From contig CP068257.2 of assembly GCA_009914755.4 (NCBI GenBank), positions 32,192,001 through 32,256,000 on the forward strand: a DNA stretch of 64,000 nt. The letters run 5' to 3'. Position numbers and translations under genes: made by a program. Below the pieces are notes generated by a model that worked only from the letters and a program-made list of their open reading frames with translations, was not told where the DNA came from and did not search any database. How positions within the stretch are numbered: position 1 is the stretch's first letter; each line of letters starts with the position of its first letter. This DNA is from the human T2T-CHM13v2.0 reference genome, Homo sapiens. Below, in pieces: positions 57,131 to 64,000 of the stretch.

Positions 57131-57317
57131 GTAAGTACCTGTCTTGCCTTTTCAAGCAGGGGACGGCTTTCTCTGCATTGGAGAGGGCTGGGGTCATGGA
57201 CAAGATTCCCAGTGAACATATCTGGTAACTGTTGTGTAGAAAGCACGAGACAACAAGGTGTCACAGAGGTCTGCTTGGTAACTCAGAAAGAAAAGCTGGT
57301 TTATCACGCAAAGAGCT

Positions 57318-57455
57318 GGCTGGGCACGGTGGCCCGCGCCTGTAATCCCAGCACTTTGGGAGGCCGAGGTGGGCAGATCGCTTGAGCCCAGAAGTTCAAG
57401 CCCAGCCTGGGCAGCATAATGAGACCCTATCTCTATTAAAAAAAAAAAAAAAAGA
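57318..57455 (+). mobile_element. Alu left-monomer fragment with an A-tail
   Basis: The stretch ggctgggcacggtggcccgcgcctgtaatcccagcactttgggaggccgaggtgggcagatcgcttgagcccagaagttcaag…a15. Confidence 0.8.
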
Positions 57456-57464
57456 GAGCTAATA

Positions 57465-58700
57465 CTGTGTCCGGAATTGGTGGGTTCTTGGTCTCACTGA
57501 CTTCAAGAATGAAGCCGCAGACCCTCGCGGTGAGTGTTACAGCTCTTAAGGTGGCGCGTCTGGAGTTTGTTCCTTCTGATGTTCAGATGTGTTCGGAGTT
57601 TCTTCCTTCTGGTGGGTTCGTGGTCTCGCTGGCTCAAGAGTGAAGCTGCAGACCTTCGCGGTGAGTGTTACAGCTCTTAAGGCAGCGCGTCTGGAGTTGT
57701 TCGTTCCTCCCGGTGGGCTCGTGGTCTCGCTAGCTCAGGAGTGAAGCTGCAGACTTTCGCGGTGTTACAGCTCATAAAAGCAGTGTGGACCCAAAGAGTG
57801 AGCAGCAGCAAGATTTATTGCAAAGAGTGAAAGAACAAAGCTTCCACGGTGTGGAAAGGGACCGAGCCGGTTGCCACTGCTGGCTCGGGCAGCCTGCTTT
57901 TATTCTCTTATCTGGCCCCACCCACATCCTGCTGATTGGTAGAGCCCAGTGGCCTGTTTTGACAGGGGGCTGATTGGTGCGTTTACAATCCCTGAGCTAG
58001 ACATAAAGATTCTCCACGTCCCCACCAGACTCAGGAGCCTAGCTGGCTTCACCCAGTGGATCCCACACCGGGGCTGCAGCTGGAGCTGCCTGCCAGTCTC
58101 GCGCCATGCGCTCACACTCCTCAGGCCTTGGGTGGTCGATGGGACTGGGCGCCGTGGAGCAGGGGGCGGCGCTCGTCGGGGAGGCTCGGGCTGCACAGGA
58201 ACCCACGGAGGCAGGGGAAGGCTCAGGCATGGTGGGCTGCAGTCCCGAGCCCTGCCCCGCGGGAAGGCAGCTAAGGCCCGCCGAGAAATCGAGCGCAGCG
58301 CCGGTGGGCTGGCACTGCTGGGGGACCCAGTACACCCTCCGCAGCCGCTGGCCCGGGTGCTAAGTCCCTCATTGCCCGGAGCCAGCAGGGCCGGCCGGCT
58401 GCTCCGAGTGCGGGGCCCGCCAAGCCCACGCCCACCCGGAACTCCAGCTGGCCCGCAAGCGCCGCACGCAGCCCCGGTTCCTGCTCGCGCCTCTCCCTCC
58501 ACACCTCCCTGCAAGCTGAGGGAGGGGGCTTCGGCCTTGGCCAGCCCAGAAGGGGGCTCCCAGAGTGCAGTGGTGGGCTGAAGGGCTCCTCAAGTGCTGC
58601 CAAAGTGGGAGCCCAGGCAGAGGAGGCACCGAGAGCGAGCGAGGGCTGTGAGGACTGCCAGCACGCTGTCACCTCTCAATACTGCACAGCCTTCAGATGT
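57465..58700 (+). mobile_element. ERV9/LTR12-family-like solo LTR (~1.2 kb) with tandem sub-repeats, GATTGG (CCAAT) motifs and a CpG-rich core
   Basis: Motifs recognised from memory: a duplicated ~90-bp block (cgcggtgagtgttacagctcttaagg…); cataaaagcagtgtggacccaaagagtgagcagcagcaagatttattgcaaagagtgaaagaacaaagcttccac; ctgattggtgcgtttacaatccctgagctagacataaag; and the GC-rich segment gggctgcagtcccgagccctgccccgcgggaaggcagctaaggcccg. The family and the exact ends are approximate. Confidence 0.6.
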
Positions 58701-58939
58701 GTGACCAAGTGGCTTCTACCTTGTAAGTCAGAAAATGAGAGCTTAGTCGTTGATTCTTTTTTTAATTTTTTTTTTTCTAGAAGAAAATAACATGGAATCA
58801 CAGAAACAGTCTGTGGTCTGTGCCTTTCTCCCTTGACTCTTTCTTAAAGACAGGCCCAGTGCCTCTAGGCCTTGATTTTCTTAGCAGAAAAGAGAAAGAA
58901 ACGTAATGCTACGACCTGTCTTCAGAAGGCCATTGTGAA

Positions 58940-59335
58940 ACACTGTATTAGTCCATTCTCACACTGCTGTAAAGGACTGCCCAAGACTGGGTAATTAATA
59001 AGGAAAGAGGTTTAATTGACTCAGTTCCACATGGCTGGGGAGGACTCAGGAAACTTACAATCATGGTGGAAGGGGAAGCAAACACATCCTTCTTCACATA
59101 ATGGCAAGAAGGAGAAGAATGGGAGCCCAGCGAAGGGGGAAACCCCTTACAAAACCATCAGATATTGTGAGAACTCACTCACTCTCACTAGAACAGGATG
59201 GGGGAAGCCACCCCAACGATTCAATTATCTCCACCTGGTCTCTCCCACAACATGTGGGAATTATGGGAACTACAATTCAAGATGAGATTTGGGTGGAGGC
59301 GCAGCCAAACCATGTCAGACACTGTGTGTTGATAT
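58940..59335 (-). mobile_element. MaLR LTR (THE1/MST-like)
   Basis: It reads as the reverse complement of the THE1-type consensus (…tattagtccattctcacactgc…gttccacatggctggggagg…aaaccatcagat…gtgagaactcactcac…caaatctcatcttgaattgtagttcccataat… in the forward sense). Confidence 0.7.
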
Positions 59336-60439
59336 TAGATGATTGTTCTTCTCCTGTCACTTTGAGAAAGCCAATACCAAAAGAAAAAAGAAAGAACAAA
59401 ATTAGGGTTTCAGTGTCCCCACCTGTAAAATGAGTGAACAGATTTAGATGTCCTCTGAGCCTATGTTTGTAAAACCACAGGGAGTATAGCTCCTGGAAAG
59501 AGGTTTTAGATCTGGTTCCTTTTAACGGAAAATGGTGTTTAGAAACTCAGATGTGGGCACTGGCGTGCTCATTGCTACTGGGGTGATTTTGTTTTGTGTT
59601 CCTCTCGGTGGCAGAGCTGGGAAATACATGAATGTCTTTTCATGCACACATATTTACATATGCCAATGTATATACACATATATTTATATTTATTTCTAGA
59701 TCCATCTATCCATGTATATTAGAACTCATGAATTCACACCAGTACCTCCTATTCTAATCCAATACTGCAGAATTTTTTCCAGCCTTTCCCCTTCTGCCTT
59801 TGTAACTCCCTACTCTGTGAAGAGCCTGGCTCTCATTATCCTCAATGTGTTTCCTTATTTGCTCAGTCTTCTTACATGTGACAAATCTCCCTCCCACATA
59901 AGCCATCTCCTCAGTCCAGCCCCAGCTCAACTCCACAAAATACACTGTGGATCTTTGGCTGAGTTAAATACTTAGTTTTGAAATAAGTTTTCAGCTTACT
60001 GTTTTCTCTCTTCCAACACCACAGTTACTATTTAATTAGCTCAGTACTTCTCTTTTTTCTCCCAATGTTTAATTGCAAATTGAAGTTGAAAACAAGCTTT
60101 TAAAATAGGTGTTCTATATCTAGCCAATGGGAGAAAAACTAAAACAAGAAAAGGACTGCATGGCCCAAATATTTAAAAGGGGGAAAAAAACTCATTATTT
60201 GCAGAAACACGATTGATTTCTTCCAGAGCACCCACAAAAATGAACTGAAAACCAGCTGAACTAAGAAGAGAATTGAAAACAGTGGTCAGCTATGAGATAC
60301 ATATGAAATCTGCTAAAGTACTAATACTAAATATTTTTATGATACTGATGTGGAGAAATTCTTAGCATGGTCTCAAAGACATGCTAATCCTAAACTTAAA
60401 GGATTTAGATCATAGCAACCTAAAAAATACCCAAACTTT

Positions 60440-60983
<544 letters not shown>

Positions 60984-61138
60984 TCATTAATGGGAATGGT
61001 TAAATAATTATGGTAGATCTGTACTATGAAAATATTTAAAAAGATACAGAGCAACTTCTACTCATGTATTAGTGTGGAAAGACACTGAGAAAATGCTGTT
61101 ATGTGAAAAAGCAACACTAAACTCACTGAGCAATCCTA

Positions 61139-61815
<677 letters not shown>

Positions 61816-62319
61816 GAACACTTATGCGCTAAATGTACAAAAAGTTCACACTCACAGGTAATAAAAGAAAATACATAACAAAACAAGAAAATACTTTGAT
61901 TTTGGCTTGCCAGATGGGCGTATATTGAAAAGATTATAGGTCCCAGTGTTGGCAAAGATCTGGGTGGAAGTTAAATTGATACAGCCTTTTTTGGAAGGCG
62001 ATTATAGATCAAACTATAATTCCTCTTTGGCTCAGCAATTCCACCTCTAGGAATTTATTCTAAGGAAATAATTTAAGAAATATTGAAAAGTTGGAAGCAA
62101 CATAAAGTTTTATGGGAAGGTAACTATTTAGACGCATTGTGCTCAATAACGTGCTCAATGAATATTGGGGTCTACCCCAATAATGATATATTATAAAACC
62201 CTCAAAATGATAATATGTATGAAATGGACATGGAACATTGTACTATAAAGCAATGTACGAAATAGTACAGTATAAAATGGTAGTTTTTGTAAAATGGTAG
62301 TATGATCCAATTTTTATTT

Positions 62320-62590
62320 TTATTTTTATTTACTTTTTTTTGAGACAGAGTCTCGCTCTGTCACCCAGTCTGGAGTGCAGTGGCACGATCTCAGCTCACT
62401 GCAATGTCCGCCTCCTGGGTTCAAGTGATTCTCCTGCCTCACCCTTCTGAGTAGCTGAAACCACAGGCAGGTACAATCACGCCCGGCTAATTTTTGTGTT
62501 TTTAGTGGAGACGGGGTTTGACCATGTTGGCCAGGCTTGTCTCAAACTCCTGACTTCAAGTGATCATCCCGCTTCGGCCTCCCAAAGCAA
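62320..62590 (-). mobile_element. Alu SINE
   Basis: Minus-orientation Alu, from the (TTTTA)n/poly-T at 62320 to …cggcctcccaaagc at 62590. Confidence 0.85.
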
Positions 62591-63376
62591 TTTTTATTCT
62601 TGAAATAATGGGGAGATTATTAGTGATTTTTAGGTTCTGTATAACTTTTTGAATTTTCTAAATTTTGTACATTGTACAATATTACTTTTGTCATTAGAAA
62701 AATTGATAAACCTGTTTGAATTTTGAAACTAAACAAAACAAATGAATTTACTCAAGCCAGCTGGGTGGGTTCCTAGCCTGTAGTAGTGGTTCTCAGATTT
62801 GACTGCATGTTAGAACATCTGGAAACCTCTAGAAAACCCCTAAGCCTGAGTTTCACCCTCCAGGGATTTTGATTTAGTCATGGATGAGGCCTCAGATTTT
62901 CCAAAAGGATTCTAACGTACAGTCAGGATTGGCCCAGAGGTTGGGGTTGTTGCTTGGAATTGATTTGTGGACTCACAAGACATAGAAAACAGTGTGTGTT
63001 TTTCTCCATTTGAGCATCTACTTAGGACTTTAAACCACGGTATGCCTTTGGGATAAGATATTCAGAGTCAGGGCCATTTACATTGTTTGTATGTGGACAA
63101 GGCCTGGGCAAATATGCCCTCGGCATTCTCCTGGTACACTTCAAAGGTGGCTTAGGGTCTTTCTTCATTCTCCAGCACAGGGTGATAATTGTTTTTAGGG
63201 GCCTGGAAGTCCTTTGAGGATCTGATGGTAATCACTGTTGCTTATTGAGCACTTTCTAAGGGCCAGGTGCTTTGCCAAGAGGTCCACGTGTCTCATTTAG
63301 TTCTCCACACACCATATAAAGGAGGCTATTAACCTCTCCATTTCTCATGCGAGGAACCTGAGACTCAGAACATTTA

Positions 63377-63666
<290 letters not shown>

Positions 63667-63670
63667 TTAT

Positions 63671-63970
<300 letters not shown>

Positions 63971-64000
63971 GGAACATTTATATAACCAACCCAAATCATG

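Noticed and set aside
55956-57385. 170-aa and 183-aa + strand ORFs around the last DH exon in the window
   Set aside because: The 183-aa ORF is just the real 33-codon exon (57032-57130) extended through intronic sequence on both sides. The 170-aa ORF has no coding signature.
58100-58650. A CpG-rich island-like segment
   Set aside because: It is the GC-rich core of the LTR12-type element rather than a host-gene CpG-island promoter. Any promoter activity would be LTR-derived (see findings).
57900-58672. A cluster of the longest ORFs in the window (204, 210, 133 and 98 aa, on both strands) in a GC-rich segment
   Set aside because: They lie entirely inside the ERV9/LTR12-like LTR. The ORFs overlap in all frames on both strands, are Ala/Gly/Pro/Arg-rich, and lack stop codons only because of about 70 percent GC content. 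They are not genes.

Overview
This window is human (or very close primate) genomic DNA from the intersectin-1 (ITSN1, chromosome 21q22.11) locus, with the gene on the + strand. It is not a prokaryotic or defence-system region: I found no CRISPR array, operon, or RNA gene that I could support. Thirteen coding exons can be placed with GT-AG introns and one continuous reading frame. They encode the C-terminal part of SH3A, the linkers, SH3B, SH3C, SH3D, SH3E and the first four exons of the DH (RhoGEF) domain. The SH3E exon has an internal 5' splice site at 26430. Sequence just downstream of it gives a short read-through tail (QQ-CKCPGG...stop at 26502-26504) followed by UTR-like sequence with AATAAA clusters. 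That is consistent with the 3' end of the short ITSN1 isoform sitting inside the 20-kb intron that the long isoform splices across. The rest of the window is intronic and dense in primate repeats. There are about 27 Alu copies on both strands, many with identifiable target-site duplications, about 8 MIR fragments, one THE1/MST-type MaLR LTR, one roughly 1.2-kb ERV9/LTR12-like solo LTR, (GT)n and (TTA)n microsatellites, and CT- and GA-rich tracts. Five things deserve a second look. (1) A candidate extra alternative terminal exon with a polyA site at 14304-14995. (2) An extra G between the only available AG acceptor and the in-frame start of the DH exon at 48481/48482. (3) A near-perfect ~46-bp tandem duplication in the branch-point zone of the 3712 acceptor. 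(4) A sense-oriented ERV9-type LTR in the DH-region intron. (5) Several Alu pairs that share one target-site duplication. All coordinates and calls were read by eye and have not been checked computationally.
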